Part shown: in pieces, positions 16,588 to 25,181 of the stretch
Layout of the letters: each line of letters starts with the position of its first letter
Position numbering within the stretch: the stretch's first letter is position 1
IMG/VR virus record: IMGVR_UViG_3300046820_001050
Coordinates: 1-64,000 of that record
Length of the DNA: 64,000 bases
DNA from: a virus
Direction: 5' to 3' (one strand)
Made by a program: the position numbers and the translations under genes
The notes under the pieces: generated by a model
Told to the model about the DNA's origin: nothing
What the model saw: only the letters and a program-made list of their open reading frames with translations
Database searches by the model: none

Positions 16588-17025
16588 ATGATAGAAAGAC
16601 CAATCAAGTGGCATAAAGGCAAACAGGTTTGGGTTGGTAAAGATGAATATCTGTTATATTTAAAATCTAAAACATGGAGAAACAAAAAAAATAAATACAA
16701 AAAATCTGGGTTCCCAACATTTTGCTGGGCGTGTGAAGAAAAAGACAATATTCAATTTCATCACAGAACATACAATCGCTTGGGCTGGGAGCCAATGTCT
16801 GACATCATTCCTTTGTGTGCTTTATGTCATAATGAATTAAGCGATGAATATAAAACAAACAAAAGTCCTGACAAAAATAGTTTGTGGAATTTTACAACAC
16901 ACTATGTAAACAATAAAAGACTTTTGCTAAGTCTGACACCATTGTCTTTCAAACTTTTTAGTGAATCTTTGATTACAAAGCCTCATAATGTTATGCACAA
17001 GATTGTTGACAAATACTACGCTTAG
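16588..17025 (+). CDS. HNH endonuclease
   Basis: YLKSKTW...CWAC...HHRTY.RLG.E...LCALCH. Confidence 0.8.
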   Translation: MIERPIKWHKGKQVWVGKDEYLLYLKSKTWRNKKNKYKKSGFPTFCWACEEKDNIQFHHRTYNRLGWEPMSDIIPLCALCHNELSDEYKTNKSPDKNSLWNFTTHYVNNKRLLLSLTPLSFKLFSESLITKPHNVMHKIVDKYYA

Positions 17026-17273
17026 TAGTATAATATATTTATGATCTGTAAAACCTGCGGGATGGACAAAGAAAACATCAACTACTGGGATACTCATCAA
17101 ACTATGAGTGATTATAAGGTGTGGTGTGCCAAGAGAGCCTAAGATTACGAAGATGGACTGGAGAGCCTTGGGCTATTGGCCCGTCTATAAGGATGGGAAA
17201 AAGGTTTGGGAAAAGGATGATAAAGATAGTAATTCAAAGTAAAGAATTATTCCCTTTATGATATAATAAATAC

Positions 17274-18287
17274 ATGACTGATTTAACCAGAGATATTTTA
17301 AAATTTTACAAATACAATGAAAAAAATAGTTGGTACCTAACAAAATTTTTTTCAGAAACAAAAAATATTGGATACTATTCTCCATACCAAGAAGTAGGTA
17401 TCACTGGAACAAAAGAAGAAAATCAAAAGTACGCTGCAACTATAGATGAAGATAATACATATAAAATTAATGGTCTTGGTTTTCGTGGAAAAATTAATGA
17501 AGGTGCAGATGCACTTGGAGTTGGTTGCTCCATAACCTTTGGTCTTGGTGTTCCAGAATCAGGAAGATGGACAGACATATTAGCAAACAATCTTGGTAAA
17601 AGTGTTAACAATTTAGGAAGCCCTGGAGCCTCTGTAGCAACTATTTGCAAAAACATTATTCAATACTGCTTGATAAACGGAATGCCAAAAGAAATTTTTT
17701 GTTTGATGCCAGACTTTTTTAGAAGAATGGTAGTAGTAGACAAGGAATTTTACACATCTAAAAAAGGTACAGACAGAAATAGCCCTGGTAAAGGCGATCA
17801 CTTAGAGTTATTTTTTTGCAATCCAAGAGTTGCAAAATATGAAGACTCTATATTTATGGAAATAGAAGATAAAAAATATATAGAAGATTCAATTTCTCCA
17901 CATCAATTAATTTTAGATTCAGTAGAGTATCTCTATATTTTAGAATCCTTTTGTTTAACAAATGGAATAAAACTATACTGGACAACTTGGGATCGACCAA
18001 GTTCTTTAATCATGAACGAATTATCAAAAATTAAAGATTTTAAACTAAAAAGGTATACTAATCTTTTTTCAGAAACAACCGCATATGGCTATGACCCTTC
18101 ATTTAACAATACTTGCAACTCAGACCACAACTCTGAGTTTAAGGATAGTTCATGGTGGAGTCTTGGATCAGATTATTCAATTATAGATTATAAAAAAACA
18201 AATAAATATTCTCATCCAGGAATTCACTTTCATTATCACGTTTCAGATCTTTTCTATGAGTTACATAAAAAAGATTCAAACAACTAA
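17274..18287 (+). CDS. SGNH-hydrolase-like phage protein
   Basis: N.LGFRG...GCSITFG.G...W...NLGSPGAS...HPG; leaderless. Confidence 0.7.
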   Translation: MTDLTRDILKFYKYNEKNSWYLTKFFSETKNIGYYSPYQEVGITGTKEENQKYAATIDEDNTYKINGLGFRGKINEGADALGVGCSITFGLGVPESGRWTDILANNLGKSVNNLGSPGASVATICKNIIQYCLINGMPKEIFCLMPDFFRRMVVVDKEFYTSKKGTDRNSPGKGDHLELFFCNPRVAKYEDSIFMEIEDKKYIEDSISPHQLILDSVEYLYILESFCLTNGIKLYWTTWDRPSSLIMNELSKIKDFKLKRYTNLFSETTAYGYDPSFNNTCNSDHNSEFKDSSWWSLGSDYSIIDYKKTNKYSHPGIHFHYHVSDLFYELHKKDSNN

Positions 18288-18559
18288 AACTTGACACATA
18301 GGGTGTAAGAGTGTATAATATATATATGAGCATAGATGATATGAGTTTAAGAGAAGAAATAGCAAAGGCTATTGAGTCTATCCCAGTTGAGGAATCAGTT
18401 ACTAACGCAATTGGTATGCGTATCCTTGCTGCAAAGGTAGCAAGAGGAGACAATAACATTTTTGAGAGACAGGTGGATTTTGAATGATTAGTTTATTTTT
18501 TTTGATACCAGCATTTATTGCAGGATATATGGCATGTTACTTTATTATGACATACAGGG

Positions 18560-19018
18560 TTGATCAAAATTAAGCCGACAGCACACATCTATGACGTAGA
18601 TGGTACCTTGGCCAATGTAGACCCCTATCTACATCATGTTCGTGGCTCTAATAGGGATTACGATGCCTTTCATGGGGCCTCTATCAATGCCCTGCCAAAC
18701 ATAGAGGTGCTTGAAATGCTTAATAATTCTGTTAGTGATGGTCATTCTATTTTGGTCGTGACATCTCGTAAAGAAAAATATCGTGGACTTACATCTATGT
18801 GGCTTGCTAAAAATAACATTAGGTCTCATGGACTATTTATGAGAGCAGATAACGACAATAGGCCAGACTATGAGGCAAAAAAAGATATTCTTGATAAAAT
18901 AAGTGTACTGTGGGATGTAACTCATGCAGTAGACGACAATCCTAATGTAATAAAATTGTGGGAAGATCATGGTATTGCCACAACAAAAATAGGTAATTGG
19001 GATGGCAATAAAAGTTGA
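18560..19018 (+). CDS. HAD-family phosphatase (polynucleotide kinase phosphatase-domain-like)
   Basis: DVDGTLA, VTSR, LFMR...RPD..K, VDD. Confidence 0.85.
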   Translation: MIKIKPTAHIYDVDGTLANVDPYLHHVRGSNRDYDAFHGASINALPNIEVLEMLNNSVSDGHSILVVTSRKEKYRGLTSMWLAKNNIRSHGLFMRADNDNRPDYEAKKDILDKISVLWDVTHAVDDNPNVIKLWEDHGIATTKIGNWDGNKS

Positions 19019-19510
19019 CTTATAACTAAGAGGATGGTATGATTAATACATGAGCAAACGAATTAAAAAGATATACAAATGTAGTCAGTGCGAAACTATG
19101 ATCACTATTGTAACAAAGGTTCACGAACTTCCAGAATCAATTATTTGTCCTTGTGACAATGTAGCAGAAAATCAGGGGTCAAAATGAAAAAGTCAAACAA
19201 CAAAGTATCTCAGCACAAGATTAAAAGAGCAAATAAGAATAAGAAAAGAACTCAGGCAAAGCCACAGTTGTCAAGGTTTGAGCGAAAGCAGGCTTTCTTG
19301 AGAGAACAGATTATTCTTCACTCATTGCAGCATTCAACTCAAAACTCTTAAGGAGTTAAAATGATTGATCACGATAAGTTAAAACGAATTCCAGAAGAAA
19401 TTAAGTTATATATAATAAAAGAGCATATAAAGAAACAGTACTATTGGACTGTAGGAATTTTGTGTTTTCTTCTTGGCACATTCTTTGGATTACTAATTAA
19501 ATAAGGACTA

Positions 19511-19585
19511 GCACCAGTAGCCAAGTTGGTTAAGGCACCGAACTCATAATTCGGCTATTCGTAGGTTCAAGTCCTACCTGGTGTA
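19511..19585 (+). tRNA. tRNA with CAT anticodon (elongator Met or Ile2)
   Basis: GCACCAG/CTGGTGT acceptor; CCGAA-CTCATAA-TTCGG; lacks initiator GGG/CCC. Confidence 0.9.
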
Positions 19586-19644
19586 CTTGACATACCGTGC
19601 CAAAATCGGTATAATTATCATATAACTACTAACAAAGGATAAAA

Positions 19645-20022
19645 ATGAAGAAAGTAATCGTATCTCTATTAGTTGCAGGACTATGTATTTTTTCTGTTGT
19701 TCCATCGCAGGCTGCTGTAAGTAAGGCAAATAAGGTTGCATGTACTCAGACCATGGGTCTAATCGCTCAAATGTATATGTCAAATATGGCTTCTGATACA
19801 CCAACTGTTCATGATGCAAAATGGGAAAAGAGTGTTAAGTTAAAGGCTACGAAATTACGCTCATATGCAAAACCAGCAACAGGCAAAATTAAGTCACAAA
19901 TCAATTCTATGGCAGCAACTTTTGATAAGGCTATTAAGTTAAAGAATGACGAAGATGCTTCTTTTGAAAATTCTTTAAATTTACTTACACAGTCAAATGT
20001 ACTTGAAGTGTTGTGCAAATAA
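19645..20022 (+). CDS. secreted helical protein
   Basis: signal peptide MKKVIVSLLVAGLCIFSVVPSQA; AAGGA SD. Confidence 0.7.
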   Translation: MKKVIVSLLVAGLCIFSVVPSQAAVSKANKVACTQTMGLIAQMYMSNMASDTPTVHDAKWEKSVKLKATKLRSYAKPATGKIKSQINSMAATFDKAIKLKNDEDASFENSLNLLTQSNVLEVLCK

Positions 20023-20168
20023 TGTACGAAGACGATAGTATATTCTCAGATTACGATAACGATACCTACGACCATAACCCTTTCTTAGGACCAAGAGATG
20101 TAATTGGATCAGAAGATAATTGGGGAATAAACGCTCCTGATTGGGCATAATCGGGTAGTTAAAGGTTT

Positions 20169-20242
20169 ACATCTGTAACTCAGTTGGTTAGAGTACCTGC
20201 CTTATATGCAGAGAGCCGAAGGTTCAAGTCCTTCCAGATGTA
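20169..20242 (+). tRNA. tRNA-Ile(TAT)
   Basis: ACATCTG/CAGATGT acceptor; CTGC-CTTATAT-GCAG; TTCAAGT. Confidence 0.9.
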
Positions 20243-20246
20243 CTGT

Positions 20247-20319
20247 GTCTCCATCGTCTAGTGGCCTAGGACTCTGCCCTTTCACGGCAGCAACACGGAT
20301 TCGAATTCCGTTGGAGATA
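20247..20319 (+). tRNA. tRNA-Glu(TTC)
   Basis: GTCTCCA/TGGAGAT; CTGCC-CTTTCAC-GGCAG. Confidence 0.92.
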
Positions 20320-20323
20320 CTAT

Positions 20324-20395
20324 ACCTCTGTAACTCAGCGGAAGAGTAGCGGACTTCTAATCCGTTTGTCGCAGGTTCGATTCCTGCCAGGGGTG
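20324..20395 (+). tRNA. tRNA-Arg(TCT)
   Basis: ACCTCTG/CAGGGGT; GCGGA-CTTCTAA-TCCGT. Confidence 0.92.
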
Positions 20396-20525
20396 CTTTA
20401 CTTTTTAGGATGCTTTGGTTCGTATGGTGCAATCTTAGACTTAATGCGACCATCTTTATATAATCTAACAATCCATCCATCTTTAATCTGAATAGGATTA
20501 AACGCTAATGATTTTTTCTTTGGCA

Positions 20526-21593
20526 TTATAGTGAGTGTCTTTCTGTTCGGTTTCTTGTATAATCTTTTCCAAAATCAGCAAACAAGGCTTTATCTTTTTC
20601 ACGATTAACAATTCCTCTTGACCAAGAGAATCCTGCATCTCCACCCCATGCCAACCACATGATGTATCCGTTAGATGGGTTTGCCTGGTTGCCCCAGTCT
20701 TTGCCCTTCTTGTCTACCTCATGACGTGAGAAGTATGAATACATTCTCTTAACAGTACTAAGAGAGATTGACTCTCCTCTTGCTAACTGCCCTGCACGAG
20801 TCCAACCAACTGCAGTTCCTGCACCAGTTGCTTTGCCATCTTCTTTAAACTTAATTGCTTTTCTTGCTGCTGCTCTTGCTCCTGCTGGAGGAGAGTATCC
20901 TTCTGCTTTTGCTACTGAGTCTGTTTCATACTCAACAGTATCATCGTCTTCCCATAAGTCATCTGCTTTTGCAGCAGGTACGCAATTAGGAACTGGCTTA
21001 CCATTATCTCCTGGCTTCATTCCACGCTGGACATAACCATCCCAACAAGGTGCTTGCTTAGAAATTTCTTCAGGGCAACATTCTGATTTGCCAATTGATG
21101 AGTCATACATTGCCATTGCAACTTCTGGATCTAGTTGTGATTCATTTTCAACAGTCTCTACTTCTAAAGCAAGAGGCTCTATCTTAGTAACCATCTTTGA
21201 TTCTGCTCCCACTAAGTATTCTGATTCTTCCCAGATACCTTCGTCTCCCTCAAGTTCAAGCATGCGAACTAGTACTACTGGATTTTCCATAGATGCTTCA
21301 AGGGCATAATCAGATGATGCAATTCCAAACATTCCTTCTGTCATAACATACTGAACAATGCCAATATATATTTCATCTTCGGATGCAACAATAACAAAGT
21401 CACCCTCTAAGACCATATCTTTTAGCAGTGTTGATGTGTCTATTGACTTGCTACCACGATACTTTTTCTTTTTCTTTCCAGCCTTTAGTGGACCAGGCTT
21501 TCTCATTCCAACGGTTGGGTTTATAGAGTCTGATGGGTTTTCTGGTGTGGCTGATGTTGATATAGAGGCTTCGCTTTTGTATAGATTTGTCAT
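20526..21593 (-). CDS. multi-domain phage protein, possibly head-associated
   Basis: CWDGY...GK.VPNCVP module plus C-terminal GT.VGW.RA.QLA...TVKRMYSYFSRH...WLAWGGDAG module seen in phage head proteins. Confidence 0.6.
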   Translation of the reverse strand: MTNLYKSEASISTSATPENPSDSINPTVGMRKPGPLKAGKKKKKYRGSKSIDTSTLLKDMVLEGDFVIVASEDEIYIGIVQYVMTEGMFGIASSDYALEASMENPVVLVRMLELEGDEGIWEESEYLVGAESKMVTKIEPLALEVETVENESQLDPEVAMAMYDSSIGKSECCPEEISKQAPCWDGYVQRGMKPGDNGKPVPNCVPAAKADDLWEDDDTVEYETDSVAKAEGYSPPAGARAAARKAIKFKEDGKATGAGTAVGWTRAGQLARGESISLSTVKRMYSYFSRHEVDKKGKDWGNQANPSNGYIMWLAWGGDAGFSWSRGIVNREKDKALFADFGKDYTRNRTERHSL

Positions 21594-21611
21594 ATTATCA
21601 GTATACCATAA

Positions 21612-21881
21612 CTATTGTCCAGTTAGCCTGTTATGAGTTCTTATCCTATGACAATTAGCACAGACTACCTCACACTTTTCAATCTCTTTCTTAATAGCCT
21701 TCCAGGAAAACCCATCATGGATCATTCTGGATATGTTATATTTTTTGTCTCTTATGTGGTCAAAATCTAAGATAATGTGGTTGCTTATTCCACAATCTGC
21801 ACAGCCAGAATCTTCTTTTATTTTAGCAAGCATCTTTTTATACTGTTGCTTATTATAATGGTCTAACTCTTTGTCAGTCAT
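21612..21881 (-). CDS. small HNH endonuclease
   Basis: CADCG...LDFDH...EIEKCEVVCANCHRIRT; own TATAAT promoter. Confidence 0.85.
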   Translation of the reverse strand: MTDKELDHYNKQQYKKMLAKIKEDSGCADCGISNHIILDFDHIRDKKYNISRMIHDGFSWKAIKKEIEKCEVVCANCHRIRTHNRLTGQ

Positions 21882-21908
21882 TGTTATTATTATACCGCCA
21901 AATGTTAG

Positions 21909-21992
21909 GTCCCACACAAGCAATTCACCTGACTTGCGCCACGGTCTCTATCCAATGGGTAACTAATCCATCACTAAGGTCCTGTGTGGGAC
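21909..21992 (-). ncRNA. putative 84-nt structured ncRNA
   Basis: 12-bp terminal helix GUCCCACACAGG/CUUGUGUGGGAC, GCAA tetraloop; 5' G lies 7 nt after TG-C-TACAAT. Confidence 0.65.
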
Positions 21993-22015
21993 AATTATAT
22001 TGTAGCATAGGAAAT

Positions 22016-22128
22016 GAGCAGTTTATAGACGACTGCTCAGGTCTATTAGCCACGAAGATTTAACTCCTGCTAACTCTCTTCTCATAAGAGCATCCGTTGC
22101 AAAACCTTTTAAAGTCTTATAGCGGAAT
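22016..22128 (-). ncRNA. putative ~113-nt ncRNA: three hairpins plus pseudoknot copy 6
   Basis: follows TATAAT (22141-22136); ends in ATAGAC-CT-GAGCAGT-C-GTCTAT-AA-ACTGCTC. Confidence 0.6.
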
Positions 22129-22172
22129 AGTATCTATTATACTACCTAGTTTTACATGATATACTGTTAAGC

Positions 22173-22847
22173 ATGAACGGTAAAAAAATAATAAGAGGCC
22201 AATTAGGATACAATGAAGAAAAAACATATGGAAGCGATGAAATAGAAATGGCATTTCCCATATCGCAAAATCAGTTAAATAATGCAAGACTGTTTACATC
22301 TAAAGATGAGTACGCAAAAACCCTAAATAAAAATCTATCCTATTTAGAGGTAGGCGTTGCTTGGGGCTATTCTGCTCAAATATTTATAAATACAACAAGC
22401 GCTAAAAGTGCTGACCTTGTAGACTTTTATAACAGTGCTTATGGAATTGCAGTACAAGAAGACCGTCCTTTAGAAAACATTTCAATAACACATGAACAAT
22501 ATATAAAAAATAAATTTTTGTACCACCCTAATATAAATGTAATAAAGGGAGATGCAAAAGACATAATTCCAACACTGGATAAAAGGTATGACCTTATTCT
22601 ATTAGACATGGACACAGATAGATTATTAATAAGGAACCTGCTGAGACATTGCTCTAAATTAACTAATGTTGGTGGAGTTGTGGGCCTAACTTCTTATATA
22701 AACTATGACAGTATTTTGTATAATCATCCAGTAGGGGTATTCCAAAGTGTAAATGAATTTTTACATTTTAATAGTAACTGGTCTGTAGATGCAATGGTTT
22801 TAAATGATCTTGGATTTCATGATATATACATAAAGAAAAATTCATAA
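22173..22847 (+). CDS. class I SAM-dependent methyltransferase (Methyltransf_24-like)
   Basis: YLEVGVAWGYSA, IKGDA, YDLILLD, GV..SVNEF; lone + strand gene, leaderless. Confidence 0.75.
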   Translation: MNGKKIIRGQLGYNEEKTYGSDEIEMAFPISQNQLNNARLFTSKDEYAKTLNKNLSYLEVGVAWGYSAQIFINTTSAKSADLVDFYNSAYGIAVQEDRPLENISITHEQYIKNKFLYHPNINVIKGDAKDIIPTLDKRYDLILLDMDTDRLLIRNLLRHCSKLTNVGGVVGLTSYINYDSILYNHPVGVFQSVNEFLHFNSNWSVDAMVLNDLGFHDIYIKKNS

Positions 22848-22865
22848 AAAATTATTGAAGCATAG

Positions 22866-22895
22866 AAAAGCAGGCCTGTAAATAAACAAGCCTGC
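22866..22895 (-). terminator. intrinsic terminator between convergent genes
   Basis: GCAGGC...GCCTGC stem followed by TTTT on - strand. Confidence 0.6.
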
Positions 22896-22910
22896 CAGTC
22901 TATAGTAAAA

Positions 22911-23207
22911 TTACTTTACTTGGTTGATCTTTCCACCACCAGATGACTTCTTTGCAGGAGCCTTCTTAGCGGTCTTCTTAACAACCTTTGCAGACTTAAC
23001 TGCCTTATCAACTTCTTCAACGGAAGGCATTCTACCGAATGCTGCATCTGCTGGATTGGCTGCTCTTAATACTACTGGAACCAGTGCACCAAGTAGTGCA
23101 TATGCTAGTGTCTGTGGATCTGTTACTCCAGATGCGTACAACGCTGTTGCTGCACCAAGAACTGATCTTCCGTATGACGCTAGTACTGCTTTAATTTGTT
23201 CATTCAT
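22911..23207 (-). CDS. holin-like membrane protein with basic C-terminal tail
   Basis: ASYGRS..GA...two TM segments...LRAANP.D.AFGR, an actinophage holin-like pattern; SD AAGGAG. Confidence 0.65.
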   Translation of the reverse strand: MNEQIKAVLASYGRSVLGAATALYASGVTDPQTLAYALLGALVPVVLRAANPADAAFGRMPSVEEVDKAVKSAKVVKKTAKKAPAKKSSGGGKINQVK

Positions 23208-23208
23208 T

Positions 23209-23367
23209 TTATTTCTCCTTATTTTGTGTTGCTTCACTATAGTGTAGATCACACAGATCAACAATTCTGCTTTCAGAATTTGCCCATATCTGTGTACTTT
23301 CATCTTTGCACAACTCTTCCTCGCATATAAATAGGCTGAGATTGCTTATGCTTTTTAGGATGATCAT
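23209..23367 (-). CDS. 52-aa zinc-finger peptide (leaderless)
   Basis: CEEELC...DLCDLH; TAGAAT-6nt-ATG. Confidence 0.55.
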   Translation of the reverse strand: MIILKSISNLSLFICEEELCKDESTQIWANSESRIVDLCDLHYSEATQNKEK

Positions 23368-23395
23368 TATTCTATTCTATCATAGTCTTTTGTGT

Positions 23396-23959
23396 CTACT
23401 TATTCAATTTTTTATATTCATTTATATTTAGACGAATAGGCGAGCCATTAAAATTAAACCACAGGGTAGAAGAGTATCTTTCTTTGCCAATATTTTCAAG
23501 CACTTCATGCGGGTAGTCCTCATTGCTAGGGAATGTGACAAAACTGTTAGCCTTTGGCTTAATTTTTAAATTATGATTTGGAAAATTTATTTCTCCCCCC
23601 TCATAGTCATCGTTAATATAGTATATTACTGCAAAGTCTCCAGTGGTATCGGTGTGTTCATTCATTTTATGTCCTTTTTCAAATTTAATTAGATGAACTT
23701 CATTTCTTTCAAAAACACGAAGTTTTGCATCATAAATTTCTGTGCACTTGTCATAAGCAATTCTGAAAACTTTTTCTAATGAATCAACAATTTCTTTTGG
23801 CATTTCTTTTGATAGAAAGAACTTGACTCCCCATGGCTGAACCTGCCAGGAGTCAATAGCCTTTGCATAATCAAGCAGTTGTCTGTGTTCTGCTTCAGAC
23901 AAAACATTTTCTGTGAGTTGTATATTATTTGCAGAGTTTTCTAAATTTGATTTTATCAT
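23396..23959 (-). CDS. 2OG-Fe(II) oxygenase
   Basis: EHTD...YINDDYEGGE...YPHEV...RY. Confidence 0.9.
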   Translation of the reverse strand: MIKSNLENSANNIQLTENVLSEAEHRQLLDYAKAIDSWQVQPWGVKFFLSKEMPKEIVDSLEKVFRIAYDKCTEIYDAKLRVFERNEVHLIKFEKGHKMNEHTDTTGDFAVIYYINDDYEGGEINFPNHNLKIKPKANSFVTFPSNEDYPHEVLENIGKERYSSTLWFNFNGSPIRLNINEYKKLNK

Positions 23960-23962
23960 ATT

Positions 23963-24565
23963 TCAAGTATACCATTGTTTCTTTTTGTTAAAAGTGGATC
24001 CAGTAAACTGAAACCATAGAGATGAACTATATCTTTCTCCCTCTAAAATTCTAAATACTTCATGTGTATAGTTTTCATTTCCAGGAAAAATAATCAGACT
24101 GTTAGGCTTTGGCTTAATTTGAATATTGTGATCTATTAAACTTATTTCTCCACCTTCGTACTCATCATTGATGTAATAAATTGATGCAATATGCAGCGAT
24201 TCATTTGAGTTAACGTCTGCGTGTGGATGCAAAACAAAATCTTTTTCAAATTTAATTAAGTTAAATCTGTCCTTTGAAAAAATGTCAATTGGCACGTTAT
24301 AGACATCTTTGGCTTTTTCGTAAGCAATCGTAAATACCTCTTCTAATGAATCAATAACTTTGTCAGACATCTGGTCTAGCCCAATAGTCTTAGCATCCCA
24401 TGGCTGCAGCACCCAGAACTTACGACGAGTTACAAAATCAAGTATCTCATTGTGCTTATCTTTGTCCAAAACATTTTCTATATATATTACGTTTTCTGCG
24501 GAGTTTCCTATTTTAGCAACATTTGCTAAATAGATTTCATCTTTTTCAGAATAATCTTCACTCAT
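23963..24565 (-). CDS. 2OG-Fe(II) oxygenase
   Basis: PHAD...YINDEYEGGE...YTHEV...RY. Confidence 0.9.
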   Translation of the reverse strand: MSEDYSEKDEIYLANVAKIGNSAENVIYIENVLDKDKHNEILDFVTRRKFWVLQPWDAKTIGLDQMSDKVIDSLEEVFTIAYEKAKDVYNVPIDIFSKDRFNLIKFEKDFVLHPHADVNSNESLHIASIYYINDEYEGGEISLIDHNIQIKPKPNSLIIFPGNENYTHEVFRILEGERYSSSLWFQFTGSTFNKKKQWYT

Positions 24566-25181
24566 AGTTCATCCTTTGACGAGTTGTTGTTGGTCCTAAA
24601 AATGTAGATCCAGTAAAAACAAACCTTGCGCCAAAAGTATATCTAAATCCTTCTAAAACTTCAAGTACTCCGTGAACGTAGTTTTCATTACCAGGAAACA
24701 TAACTAAACTATTTGACTTGGGTTTAATTTTTAAATCATAATCTGGAAAAAATATTTCTCCTCCTTCATAATTATCGTTAATATAATACATACACACAAT
24801 ATGTTGGTGTTTTTGAGCATCTGTGTCTATATGCGGCTTCATATTGCTGCCCTTGCGCCACTTAGTCAAAAAATATTGACCCATCAAATCACTATCCACT
24901 TCTATGTCATAATAACTAATACAGTCGAGTCTAGCAGTTTTAAATATTTTTTTTAAAATTTCAACAGAATCCTCTGGCATTGCTTCAACAGGAATTCTTT
25001 CGGTAGTCCATGGCTCTTGAATCCAAGGAATATGATCTGAATTATTTACAAAATTAGATAATGTTTGATATTCTTTATCTGGTAAAAAATTATCTATAAC
25101 ATATATGTTTTTTGCAGAACTTCCTAATTTAGCGACATTTGCTAAATAGATATCATCTTTTTCAGAGTCGTGTTCCATCAT
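24558..25181 (-). CDS. 2OG-Fe(II) oxygenase
   Basis: PHID...YINDNYEGGE...YVHGV...RY. Confidence 0.9.
   Translation of the reverse strand: MMEHDSEKDDIYLANVAKLGSSAKNIYVIDNFLPDKEYQTLSNFVNNSDHIPWIQEPWTTERIPVEAMPEDSVEILKKIFKTARLDCISYYDIEVDSDLMGQYFLTKWRKGSNMKPHIDTDAQKHQHIVCMYYINDNYEGGEIFFPDYDLKIKPKSNSLVMFPGNENYVHGVLEVLEGFRYTFGARFVFTGSTFLGPTTTRQRMNYE

Noticed and set aside
19574-20018. Minus-strand ORFs 19574-19819 and 19809-20018
   Set aside because: Shadows of the + strand secreted-protein gene, which has promoter, SD and signal peptide.
20202-20480. 92-aa minus-strand ORF
   Set aside because: It is the antisense reading of the three-tRNA cluster.
21909-22128. tmRNA, SRP or RNase P assignment for the ncRNA pair
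   Set aside because: No tRNA-like acceptor/T-arm, no tag frame, and no SRP or RNase P signature sequences seen.
23209-23385. Apparent amber read-through or frameshift in a small Zn-finger ORF
   Set aside because: Recounting shows an intact frame from a leaderless ATG at 23367; no recoding is needed.
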